From the NCBI RefSeq assembly GCF_032191835.1, contig NC_083226.1, forward strand, positions 59,086,001 to 59,150,000: 64,000 nt of DNA, in the 5' to 3' direction. This DNA comes from Heteronotia binoei (lineage: Eukaryota). Positions 12,025 to 23,225 of this stretch are shown in pieces. The position numbers were made by a program, and so were the translations under genes. Each line of letters opens with the position of its first letter. Position 1 is the first letter of the stretch. The notes beneath the pieces are model-generated. The model was given only the letters and a program-made list of their open reading frames with translations. It was not told the DNA's origin and did no database searches.

Positions 12025-12263
12025 CTGAGACCTTTTTGCTATCCAATAAATTCTGATCCATCTGTATCGTTCTTGTGTCTTGTTCTGCCCCAGAAGACAC
12101 TTCAGTGTTTACTGTCTTTATTTTCTCTAATGGCTTTTCATTGACCTTGAAGCCATCCATAGGTGCTTCAGTGGCTGTGATTTCTGTACCAACCAGTATG
12201 GTTGACACTTTCTTGTCCTCTGAAGTTTTAAGCTTTTTTGATCGTGATTGGGTATGCTGGAAG
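12025..12263 (-). CDS. KDM4C: KDM4C coding exon (equivalent to human exon 10), 239 nt, phase 2 to phase 1
   Basis: ataacag|C TTC CAG CAT ... GTC TCA G|gtgagg, inside ORF 11984..12346(-). Encodes (S)FQHTQSRSKKLKTSED...IQMDQNLLDSKKVS, aligning with human SFQCARSTSKRPKADEE...MQVEQNLSDHIKLS. Phases join the neighbouring exons. Confidence 0.92.
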
Positions 12264-14057
12264 CTGTTATAAGAGATACTGCTGTCAGAACAGAATGTCT
12301 GGCTAGGATAAGATAAAATAGATTCCAATATAAATGTCCCTTTCACCTGCCTAAAGAAGCTTTTTTAAAAAAAAAAACTTTATTTTTTCATCTTTTTGTG
12401 TTGAGATAGTGTTCATAATTTATTAAACAACAGATTAACAACTGACTAGATTTAACCTCTTAATCAGTTAACACAGGTTAATCTTTAAAGTTAGTTATTA
12501 ACTAAAATAACTTCAAATAACTCAGTCGAATCAAATTTGAAAGCTAGTTACCTGGCAAACCATTTTTTAGAATATGACAAAGACTAACATACATTAACGT
12601 AATCTCCCATTTGCATTAAAGTTTGACAATGATATCAAACCCCTAAATATATAAAATATTTTGATTGAGTATTCTTCCATAGTCTCATTTGCAAAAAAAA
12701 GTGTTATTTTCAACAGTTGTACATACAGTTTTCATAATAGCCATCAGAATATAAATTAGGGGAAATCATACTATACATTGAAACATACAGAGATAGTAAT
12801 ATTCTTAACCAGTAATATTGTTCTTTAATCCATTTATACCCCACAAAGGCTGTCACAAAGGCTCTCAAAGATGACTTTTTAAAAAATGAAATGCAAACAC
12901 AAAGGAATAACAATTAAAAATAGAACAGAGTGGCATAATAACAATGAAACAGAGATGCCCTCTATGTGTGACCAAAAAAAGTATGAGTAAACAGGACAAA
13001 TTCACCCGGTGCTTAAAAGACACTGATGTAGATGGCAGAACTGAGAGGGAAATCCCACAGCCAAAACACCAACACAGGAAAGGTCTGCTTTCATAGTCAC
13101 CTGCCTTACACAGTAAAATGCCCCTGACACAGATCTCAGATGGTGGTGAAGGGGCAGCCTCTGAATCATTAATTAATTAATACCCCCAATAATAATAATA
13201 TTTATCATATTGAGTAAAAATATGCTTTGTCTTCAAACTAAGGGGTCTGTTGTAAAACTGTCGTTAGAAACTGACTATACCGCCCAGCGGGTGTGAGCTC
13301 TAGCTGTAAGATTAGATAAGGGAACAGCCTCTTACAGGCGACTTGCTGTATATAGATAAGTAAGGAAACTTCGTCATGGCATTTTACCAGGGAGAATTTA
13401 GTGGAGGCGGGACCCTTTGAAATCAGATAAGCCTGTGGTGCCTGCCTGCTGGTTTTCTGTGTGAATAAAACTTTCCGTATGTAGAAGGATTTTAACTCAG
13501 TCATTTTGGGGACCCATGCGTGACTGGGTTCTGCTTATGGTACCATAAAGTAAACCTCGCTTCAAACCAGTAAGTCTGTGCGGACCTTGTTATTTCTTCG
13601 CTTCATTTTGGTGCACTGACCAATGGGAATAATGGGGTAGGATATTTCCTTCCCTTTGGGGTGGCTGCATAGCTATCTGCCTTCCACCTTCATGGCAGGA
13701 AGACCGGACTAGGCGCCACGGTCACATTTTTTATCAAGTCCAGCTCTCTCCGCCCCAGTGGGAGAAGGTGTCCGGTTCGCCAACCAAGATCCCATGCCTG
13801 GTTGAACCGACGTGTCCAGGGAATTGGAAGATCTTTAGGATTGTGAGTATGAACTGTCTGGGAATTCTGATTACCTCTCCTTAGGAGAGACGAAGGGCCT
13901 GATCACCCCTTAAGCTCTGTCTATTAGGCTCCGCTTTGAAGCTGAAGCACAGAAGCTAGGATCTGGGAGGATTTCTGTGGTGTGTGTGCCTGTGTGAAAG
14001 AGAGGAGACGAAGCCTCTAAGCGAGAGGGACTTTCTCTTGCACAGTTCCCAGTAGGG

Positions 14058-14396
14058 TAGGGTTGCCAAGTCCAATTCAAGAAATATCTGGGACTTTGGG
14101 GGTGGAGCCAGAAGACTTTGGGGGTGGAGCCATGGGATATTGGGGGCGGAGCCAGGAACAAGAGTATGACAAGCATAATTGAACTCCAAGAGAGTTCTAG
14201 CCATCACATTTAAAGGGACAGCACACCTTTTAAAATGTTTTCCTTCCATAGGAAATAATGAAGGATAGGGGCACCTCATAGAATTGGACCCCCCCTGGTC
14301 CAATCGTTTTGAAACCTGAGGGGTACTTTGGCGAGAGGCACTAGACACTATACTGAAAATTTGGTGCCTCTGCCTCAAAAAACAGCTCCCCCAGAT
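14058..14396 (+). mobile_element. Non-autonomous DNA transposon (TAGGGTTGCCAAGTCCAATTC family), 5' part
   Basis: Aligns over ~330 bp with 48932-49297 and partly with 57485-57843. Carries internal GACTTTGGGGGTGGAGCCA repeats. Confidence 0.75.
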
Positions 14397-14890
14397 GCCA
14401 GATGTTGGAAATGTAAACAGAATGAAGGTTCTTTCTACCATATGTGGTGGACTTGTGAAAGAGTGAAACAGTTTTGGCAAATGATTCAACAGTTTCTAGA
14501 ATCTTGGGATATGAATTTAAGAGAACTCCAGAGACTTTCCTATTGGAATTACAAATGGAGAAATTTCCAAAAGAAGATAGAACTGTAATTTGGTACTTGC
14601 TTTCAGCTGCTAGGACATTATATGCGCAGTTATGGAAGCAAGATAAAATACCAGAAAAATGGGGTTGGATTGTAAAAGTTATGTCATGGAGTGAAATGGA
14701 TAAACTTACAAGAATCTTGAAAGACTATGATTTAGAGGGATTTAAAATGGATTGGGATAAATTCAGAAGATGTATAGAAAAAGAATGGAAAGTAAAAGGA
14801 CATTGGGTGATTTTTGAGAATACCACTTAGGTTTTCAGAAGAAGAAAAAAGGTGAACTATAATAACTGGGTGGGACTTTATAAAGTATAA
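14397..14890 (+). mobile_element. 5'-truncated L1-clade LINE, ORF2 C-terminus
   Basis: RCWKCKQNEGSFYHMWWTC Cys-rich motif, then a frameshift into LLSAARTLYAQLWK...SEMDKLT (ORFs 14328..14588 and 14474..14830). Confidence 0.85.
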
Positions 14891-15499
14891 GAAATGTGTT
14901 TTTTTTTTATTTCAACACGAAACATAGAAAGGATTTTCTAAACAAAACACTCAGAAAAGATCAAGCTCTAACAACATACTATAGGTGGAGGCATAAAATA
15001 AGATAGATAAGCATGTAGATGCCTCTTTCCACAGGTAAGAGGTTCACCAAATAGCTTAAATAGGAAGATTGATATGCACAGTTCATAGATGGAACATAAC
15101 TATAAATGACATTAAGAGAGCAAATGAAGATATACATTTGAGGAATGCAGAGCATTATTAAAGTTCAGATTTCTAATGAAGACTAAGAGTTTTCAGGAAT
15201 TCTGCCTAGTGAATTACCAACAAATCTAGAAAAGGTATTTCTATGGGAAACACGACACTGAGAATAACTGGGTCACTGGTAAGAGGATATTGTTACCCAA
15301 GGAAGAGGATAGTGTTACCCACTCTCACACCTATGTGAGACTCACAGAACAAATTTTGGATGAGCTGGCACAGAGAAAAATGGGGTTCAGTGGGACTTAA
15401 TCACCCCACTGATTTCCAGTGGTTTAAATTCTCTGATCCAGTTCTCTAATCATTTTGGGTCTGATCCCTCGCATACATGTATGTTAAAGCTGGCATTGT

Positions 15500-15710
15500 T
15501 CTATTGAGGCCTCCGTTTTGTTTTGTTTGTTTTTGAAGTTTTTCTTATTTTTGACAATTTCATATATTCCAAAGCTATAGCAAAAGTTTTTCTTCCTTTT
15601 TTGTGACCATTTTCATAATCCAGGGGTTACCAACTCTGGTAATCTTTTCTTGGAGTTCCAATCTTGTGCACAATTTCATGTTTTCTTTTTTAAAATTCAT
15701 ATTTGTTGCA
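15500..15710 (-). mobile_element. Probable degraded L1 ORF2 fragment
   Basis: A-rich minus strand translating ...NFKKENMKLCTRLELQEKI...KEEKL. Recognised only loosely. Confidence 0.35.
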
Positions 15711-17770
15711 ACAAAGTAAAAAGCCTCTCATGAACCTCTAGGTGCACGCTTTCTATATGGATGTGCACTAGCCTGAATTATGAGAAGTGATGCACAGGTT
15801 TATATTGTGGATTTATGTCCTGCATAATGTATGGTGTATGAAATCTGCTCTTTATCATTGGAAGGTAGAGACCTTGTCAAACTGAAACTCCATGTGAGGA
15901 GAAGTCTCCTGTCCAAAGCAAGTGTGGTAATTTAGCTAATGTGTGCAACCCTATCTCAACGGGATTGGACTCAAGTTATGTCAATCTGTGGACAGCCAAG
16001 GAAAGCTTAAAAGGGGAAAAGCACCTACTATTGTTGTTTTGTTTGTTTGTTTCTCCAAGTATGTTTTCCAGGCTCTTCCATATCTATCCAGAGGTCCTGA
16101 AATTTGCCTGGCCATGCCTCATTGATGTTGGAAGGAAGGCCTCCCTCAGAACCCCATCCAAACTGAGTTGTGGAGAAAACTAATTTCCAGGGAAATTCCT
16201 CTGCCTAGCAAAAGGCTAGTTGCCTCAGCTGATCACAACAACAGCCCCACTGCCAAGTTGTGTTTCTAGAAAAAGAATTCCTTTTGGCTGCAATAAAAAC
16301 AGATTTCCCTGTGAAAAGACTGTCATGCATAGAGCACACAAACCCTCCATGAACTCAAGAAAGAAGACCTTTTGTTAGACTAAGGGGGGAGGGGAACAAG
16401 GAATTAGTCAGGGAATGGTTTTTCTATTGTAAATATTGTGGCCAAATGTGGACTGCCTGCAACTGGCAATGTTTCCAGTTATGTCTGAATGTGTGTATCT
16501 TAATCACCCAGATTACAACAAGGTGTTTGCCATAAAGACACATGAGTTGATCCAGTTTATAGCATGTCACTTGCATATGTCCCAGATGTCCTTGCATATG
16601 TATCCCTTCCCCCCTCACACACACACATCTTCTCTAGATGGAAAAATACTGGGATGTGCCAGTGTGAATGGATAATCCCATCACTGTCTCTCCTCCTCCC
16701 GTGACCCATCTTTAATCACTGTCTCTCCTCCTCCTGTGACTCCAGCTGTAAGATTAGATAAGGGAACAGCCTCCTACAGGCGACTTGCTATATATAGATA
16801 AATAAGGAAACTTCATCATGGAATTTTACCAGGGAGAATTTAGTGGAGGTGGGACTCTTTGAAATCAGATAAGCCTGTAGTGCCTGCCTGTTGGTTTTCT
16901 GTGTGAATAAAACTGTCTGTATGTAGAAGGATTTTAACTCAGTCGTTTTAGAGTACCCGACTGGGTTCTGCTTATGGTATCATAAAGTAAACCTCACTTC
17001 AAACCAGTAAGTCTGTACAGACCTCGTTATTTCTCTGCTTCAGTGGTCAGGTTCATACAGGAGTAAATGGATCTTAAGGTACCCCCATTCCAAGATAATT
17101 TAGGCCTTTATCAGTGAATATCAATACTCTTGAACTGTGACCTTCAATAAACCAGACGTTAGAACATTTATCTTTGTATAACAGAAATTATACAGTCTGA
17201 CTGCTCAATCCTTGAGCAGTTGCACATTTTTCAAATGAAGGTAGCTTCACATAGAACATGGGGCATCATTCTGTAATCACCTGGGATGTTATATGAAATA
17301 AGTGTGGAAAGATCAGTCCTACCAAATAAGAGCCACAGTTGACAAACAATTCAAAGCTAACGTAAAATGCTTTATGCAACAGTTGCTCCCTGAGCATCAG
17401 CTCTTAAAGCTGCATCTAAAAGTGCTTCAAATAGATGCATTTGATCCCTAAGGATGAGTGTAACTATATTCAGAACAGGGGGAACAGCCCCATGCTTAAC
17501 TAATCATTCATTTACCAACCGTACCTCTGTCTAACGAGGATTAAGATTCCATTTAACAGCCCACTGTTGTGACTCTGCACTGGAAAGCCAGTTTGATATA
17601 GTGGATAGGAGCATGGACTCTAATCTGGGAGAAAAGGGTTTGATTTCCCACTTCTCCATATGTACCTGCTGGGTTACCTTGAGTCAGCCGTAAGTTGTAT
17701 CAGAGCTGTTCTCGAAAGAGCAGTTCTCAAAAGAGCTCTCTCAGTTCCACCTACCTCACAGGGCATCTGT

Positions 17771-18793
17771 TGTAAGGAAAAGCCCTCTACTTTTCATACA
17801 TATGGACATCGTGATCACCAATATGGTTGCCAGGGTGCCTGGAGTTTTGACTCGCACACATCTGCTCTAAGAAGTGGACTTTGCCCACGGTTTCTAAGGC
17901 TTATGTGGATACTATAAGCCTCAGCTTTGCAGCAGCATTCTACATCTCTGGATGGGTGTTAGCCAGAACTTCCAGCTGTTCCTTGTGTGCCCAGTCTTGG
18001 CTGCTGCAGTGGAAGAAGCCATGCCACCATGTTTCCAGCCTGTTTCCATGAACCAAAGGCTAACACCACCAGAATCCATCTTGTTTTCCTGATTCCATAT
18101 CCAACAGCTGCTTCAACTTCTGCATAAGACAATCAAGCTTATCCAAGCATGGATCCTGCCAGACCACTCAAGCCTTTGTCTAACGAAACCCAGGACAAAG
18201 ACTGGGGCCAGGAAGACTAAAGAAGAGGAAGACTATCTCCTGCCAGAGCCAAGTCTTTTGTCTTATCCGGGTGCTACCTAGGCCAAGATTTGATTTTCTA
18301 TTGTCACCTTTTTAGATAAGCCCATCTAATTTTAAGTGTCCCCCACCCAGTAGTCACCTCTATTCTTCTTCCCAACTGTCACTTTGGAGCCGCCCCAGGG
18401 CCTGTTTCAACCTGAAAGTTCTCTCAGGTATACAGGATCCAAGCAAGTTCATTGGTCAAGAGCAGGTACCCAATTAGGTGCCACCAAGGAACTTTCTATT
18501 GGCTACTGCAGTAGTCCAGCCCTTAGGGTCACTGCAGAGCCTCCCCTTTCTCCTTCCTCATACCTCCCAGCCCCTGAGGGTCTAAGGTAGTCTATTTAAC
18601 CTCTGACCCAACTCCACTCATGTGTGCATTTAACAGTACCCCAGTTCCGCTGTCTAGATCCATCCCCAATTCTGGCCACAGTTTTGGGTCCATTTCCCCC
18701 GTCCTCTTTTGTCACCATTGGAGCCTTCCTTGAAGACTACAATAGGTAAATATTACCCTGTGTGTCTACCCTTTATGTTCCCCTATCCATCTA

Positions 18794-18884
<91 letters not shown>

Positions 18885-19110
18885 AATATTTCTTAGGACT
18901 GTATGTGTGATTGTATGAGCATTTTATCCTGTATGGAAGACTATATTTTTCTTAATAAATTTTAATTTGTTTTACTAAATTAGAGTCCCCATTATTTAAG
19001 CATTACTCTCTGTTTGGTTAATCTTGTATACATTGGGAAAAGATCCCTAGGGAGCCAGGTGCTCACCTGACTAATTCCCCAACCTCGTTTTGACGGCATT
19101 TTGGCTTACA
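17771..19110 (+). mobile_element. Long solo LTR (1340 bp)
   Basis: TGTAAG...CTTACA termini, perfect 4-bp TSD CTGT, AATAAA near 18955. Homologous along its length to 43600-44936 in reverse. Confidence 0.85.
18794..18882. repeat. (TAT)n microsatellite, about 30 units
   Basis: Read directly from sequence; lies inside the solo LTR. Confidence 0.98.
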
Positions 19111-19586
19111 CTGTTGTGGGGAAGGGAAAGGAAATGAGATTGCAAACCACTGAGACTCCAAATGAAAGGCAGGGTAGAAATCCAATCTCTTCTTTTTTTG
19201 CTAGTCTAGACTTCTGGGAGACTTCTGGGGTAGCCTAGACTTCTAGGAGAAGCTCCTCCCTATGGGCAGGCACAGTTGCTGAACTTGATTCCTGAAAAGG
19301 GAGGGGCTTCTCACCCAGAACCCAGTCTTTGGCCCTGCCTCAAGGCAGCAGGATGCCATCAGCTGTGCTTTGACTGAGAGCTATGATTCCCACTTACCCT
19401 CAAGTAGTTGTTAGTGTTTGTCTTGTCTTCATTGATTCTTGTTTGATCTGGCAGGAGATAATGCTCAGTCTAATCTCCTAGCATAGATCAAAGGGGAGAT
19501 GCAAAAAAAATTAGGGAAGCCATCTCCCAGGCTCTTCCAAATGGAAACCACCAGCCAGGCTTAAGTCAAAACACCCCACCATTTCC

Positions 19587-20033
19587 CTCATGAAGAAAGG
19601 TTGAAACGCTTGGGACTCTTTAGCTTGGAGAAACGTCGACTGCGGGGTGACATGATAGAGGTTTACAAGATAATGCATGGGATGGAGAAAGTAGAGAAAG
19701 AAGTACTTTTCTCCCTTTCTTACAATACAAGAACTCGTGGGCATTCGATGAAATTGCTAAGCAGACAGGTTAAAACGGATAAAAGGAAGTACTTCTTCAC
19801 CCAAAGGGTGATTAACATGTGGAATTCACTGCCACAGGAGGTGGTGGCGGCCACAAGTATAGCCACCTTCAAGAAGGGTTTAGATAAAAATATGGAGCAC
19901 AGGTCCATCAGTGGCTATTAGCCACAGTGTATGTGTGTATATAAAATTTTTTGCCACTGTGTGACACAGAGTGTTGGACTTGATGGGCCGTTGGCCTGAT
20001 CCAACATGGCTTCTCTTATGTTCTTATGTTCTA
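19587..20033 (+). mobile_element. 5'-truncated CR1 LINE (ORF2 C-terminus and 3' tail) inside the DIRS element
   Basis: ORF 19601..19921 RLGLFSLEKRRLRGDMIEVYKIM...FFTQRVINMWNSLPQEVV, tail TTCTTATG repeats. Confidence 0.95.
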
Positions 20034-21556
20034 ACTCCAGCAATTCCTGTAAAGGGCCAAGTAGGCATGATCATTATTCTTCCTCCTGCACTGCCTCCCA
20101 TAGCAGAGGGGCGAACAGACTTTCTCAATCTTCCTTCCAGCCAAAAAAGATTAAACTCTTTTACCAAGCAGAGCAGAGAGACAAGTCCCTCTTGGGCCAT
20201 GAGTATTAGGAATTGGAAAGCTCTGATCTCACAGAAAAAAGAGGGTGAGCTTCATGATGAGGAAGACCCCATAATCACCACTATGCAGACATGTCTCTTC
20301 CAACAGAAAGCCTTTTACAAAAATTTTCTGAAAGTGCTACACATTCTGGAAATTCTTTTAATAATACACAGGTGGAGACACCAACCCAGAAAAGCTAGTT
20401 AGTTCTGCCAGAGCCTTCCTTAAGGCGGGCGCAGTCCCCTTTAGAATTCCATTTCCAGCTGTTTTTGATAAGGTGGTTCAGACCAAATGGGAACCACCAG
20501 CCAGGCTTAAGTCAAACCACCCCACCATTTCCAAATTCTGCACATTGGTACCAGATGTGGCAGAGCGCTTCAAACTTCTGCTGGTAATTGACTACTAGTC
20601 TGTGCTCCAACTCAGTTTTGCCTGCAGAACAGATGGCCTGACAAGAAGATTGAAGAGGCCTTGCATGAAAATTTTAAAGCATCTTCAACTTCCCTCAGAG
20701 TTTCCACCACAAGTTCCCTGTTTGCCAGAGCCATCTATTCCTGGGCTTCAACTTATCAGCTGCAGACAGTGGCATATCCAAATAACTGAAGGACAAGCTA
20801 AAGAAGATTGCAGCAGTTTTTTCAGCAAATGCTTCCTTTGACTCAATCCAACTGTCAGCCAGAACTATGGCCTTTAACATGACTGCCAGAAGAAATACCT
20901 GGCTTCACAGTTGGAAAGTGGACCCTTCATCTTAGGCTAGAGTAGCCAGTGTACTGTTCAGAGGAGTATGTATCTTCAGAGAAGGCATGGACAGATACCT
21001 ACTGGAGGATAAGGACAAGAAGAAGTCACTGCCATCCTGCAAGGACAGTTAGCCTAAGAAGCACTTCCCTTTTTTTCTTGAATCAAAGCACACCCCCGGA
21101 TTTTGGTCTTCCAAAACCCCAAAAGGGAAGTGGCAGCCTATGCAGTCGGGTACTAGTAGTTCTTCCTTCTCCAGAACACCAGGATTGAACCCACATGTAC
21201 CCAAAAAGACCTCTTCAGCATGACTATCACAGACTGAACAAAAATAGAGGTCATCTTCAGCTTCTTGAAGCTCACTGGGAGACTACAGTAGGTTACAGGT
21301 GGGTCTTATACACCATGTCAAATGACTGATCCTTGTAACTATGTATGCTTCCACCAGATAGATTTTTGCAGGTTCCAAGAAATCCCCATCCACAGAAACA
21401 TCTTCTCCACAATGCCATACAACCTCTATTGGACACTGAGGCTATAGAACCTGTCCCAGAGGAACAAAAGACTTTGGTGGTCTATGCAGTCTTCTTCATA
21501 GTCCCAGAAAAGAACAGGGATGTGAGGGACATTTTAGACCTCAAATGGCTGACCAG

Positions 21557-22342
21557 GGGTGCGGTCACACGTCACATTAAAAGTGGGCGTGTAGCACTCA
21601 AATTTGAACCACTGAATATTGATTCAATGCAGGGCTGATCAGACGAGCATCCAAGAATGCAACTCATCCTGTTGTTGAGCGATCAGACATCCAATACTAT
21701 CATGCTCTTTTCTTGGAGCATGTGTAATCAGCTGGTGATTCCTGGGAGGGGGGTGGGTCCATTGAACATGCACCCAACTGTTTGGAGGTGAGAAATCAAA
21801 TGTTGCTTAAGAGGTGGGGGGGGGAGGGGGGAAGTTTCCGGAATTAACGTTGCCAATTCAAACCAGGGGACTGCCAGGAACTACTTTCCTGGAAATTGGC
21901 AGTGACAATGATATCTGGAAATCCTCCACATTGAAAAAAAAGATTTTTTTTCTGTTCTGAATAGTGGGATAATGTTCTCTCCCCCCTCCAATCCTGTGTT
22001 GATCGAAGAAGCAGAAGCATCATCTCAGATTCCCGGATGATCTGGCAATGCGCATGTCTGCTGGAGCTTTTTTTAAAAAAAAAAAGGTGGGAGGAGCAAT
22101 AAACATTCCAAGGGGCAGTATTGCGTATGAGCTGTCCAAACAGGAAAAAACCAATCGTGTGCCGCTTTTATGAAAAAGGGCCGGACTTTCTGCGCTATCA
22201 AATTAATGTGGCATTGATCTAGAGCAAGACGGGATGACCCCAGATGACACTCGATTGCCAGATGTGGATGTCTGGACGAACATATTTAATCCGTCAGTGA
22301 GACGGAGCTGTGTCGCCACTAATGGTACGTCTGAACGTACCC
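21557..22342. mobile_element. PIF/Harbinger-like MITE (786 bp) inserted in the DIRS RT
   Basis: TIRs GGGTGCGGTCACACGT / ACGTCTGAACGTACCC, 3-bp TSD CAG. Removing it restores LDLKWLTRRIKKKF. Confidence 0.85.
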
Positions 22343-22683
22343 CAGGAGAATCAAGAAAAAGTTCACAATGGACACACCCAAATACATTTTTGTCCTGTAC
22401 AGAAAGGTGACTTTCTCACATCCATAGATCTGTAAAAGGCTTATTTATGTATCAGGAAGAACCTCCTACTACCAATCAATCCTTCTGCAAGGAATCCATC
22501 ATTCACCCCCAGGCCAGGTTACTAAGCCTCATAGCCTGGAGGTTTAGTGGGAGCAACTTAAAGAAACAGGATACACAGATATTGACACTACGATACCCTC
22601 AAGGAAAGGTTCCACCAACAGGGTGTACAATAACTGCTGGCAGATTTTCCAGTCATGGTGCTCCAGCCGGGGGCTTGAACCCT

Positions 22684-23225
22684 GTCAGTTTGGCGTGGTA
22701 GTTAAAAGCAGCAGACTCTAATCTGGATTTCCCACTCCTCCACATGCAGCCAGTAGCTAACATCAATTCTCTCAGAGCTTCTTCTCTCAAGAACAGTTCT
22801 TTCAGAGCTCTCTCAGCCCCACCTATATCTGTTGTGGTGTGAGAAAGGGAAGAAGAAGAATTGCAGATTTATACCCCGTCCTTCTTTCTGAAACAGAGAC
22901 TCAGAGCGGCTTACAATCTCCTGTATCTTCTCCCCCCACAACAGACACCCTGTGAGGTGGGTGGGGCTGAGAGGGCTCTCCCAGCAGCTGCCCTTTCAAG
23001 GACAACTCCTGCAATAGCTATGACTAACCCAAGACCATTCCAGCAGCTGCAAGTAAAGGAGTGGGGAATCAAACCCGGTTCTCACAGATAAGAGTCGGCA
23101 CACTTAACCACTACACCAAACTGGCTCTCTGAAGGAGAGATTGTAAACCAAACTGAAGGAGATTGTAAACCATTCTGAAACTCTGTGTGAAGGGCAGGGT
23201 ATAAATCCAACACTTCTTCATCATC
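22684..23225 (+). mobile_element. Older Squam3-type SINE (22684-22850 plus 23130-23225) inserted in the DIRS recombinase
   Basis: Degenerate head TCAGTTTGGCGTGGTAGTTAAAAG and tail ATAAATCCAACACTTCTTC. CTGTCAG on both flanks. Confidence 0.75.
22851..23129 (-). mobile_element. Younger full-length Squam3-type SINE nested in the older SINE
   Basis: Minus strand GAGAGCCAGTTTGGTGTAGTGGTTAAG (A box) ... GGGTTTGATTCCCC (B box) ... (TTC)n tail. Close to the 61705 copy. Confidence 0.92.

Larger units (their letters stand above)
13248..17042 (+). mobile_element. ERV-like element: 5' LTR 13248-13605, PBS 13609-13630, leader to ~14050, 5'-truncated second LTR 16734-17042; no gag/pol recognisable
   Basis: Two ~300-bp direct repeats, roughly 92% identical by eye, both ending GCTTCA. 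TGGTGCACTGACC(AAT)GGGAAT after the first resembles the tRNA-Gly PBS TGGTGCATTGGCCGGGAAT. Outer flanks GGGGTC / GTGGTC match 5/6. Confidence 0.7.
17583..19195 (+). mobile_element. Squam3-type tRNA-derived SINE split into 17583-17770 and 19111-19195 by a solo LTR
   Basis: Head GCCAGTTTGATATAGTGG...GGGTTTGATTTCCCAC. Body stops at CTGT and resumes CTGTTGTGGGGAAGGGAAAGG...TCCAATCTCTTC after the LTR. Confidence 0.85.

Noticed and set aside
13956-14489. 177-aa minus-strand ORF
   Set aside because: Runs across three unrelated repeats (ERV leader, DNA transposon, L1); artefact.
15279-15321. 22-bp tandem duplication (similar ones near 33165-33215 and 46640-46685)
   Set aside because: Ordinary slippage products with no evident function.
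18709-18918. Poly-Leu ORF resembling a signal or transmembrane peptide
   Set aside because: Translation of the (TAT)n microsatellite.
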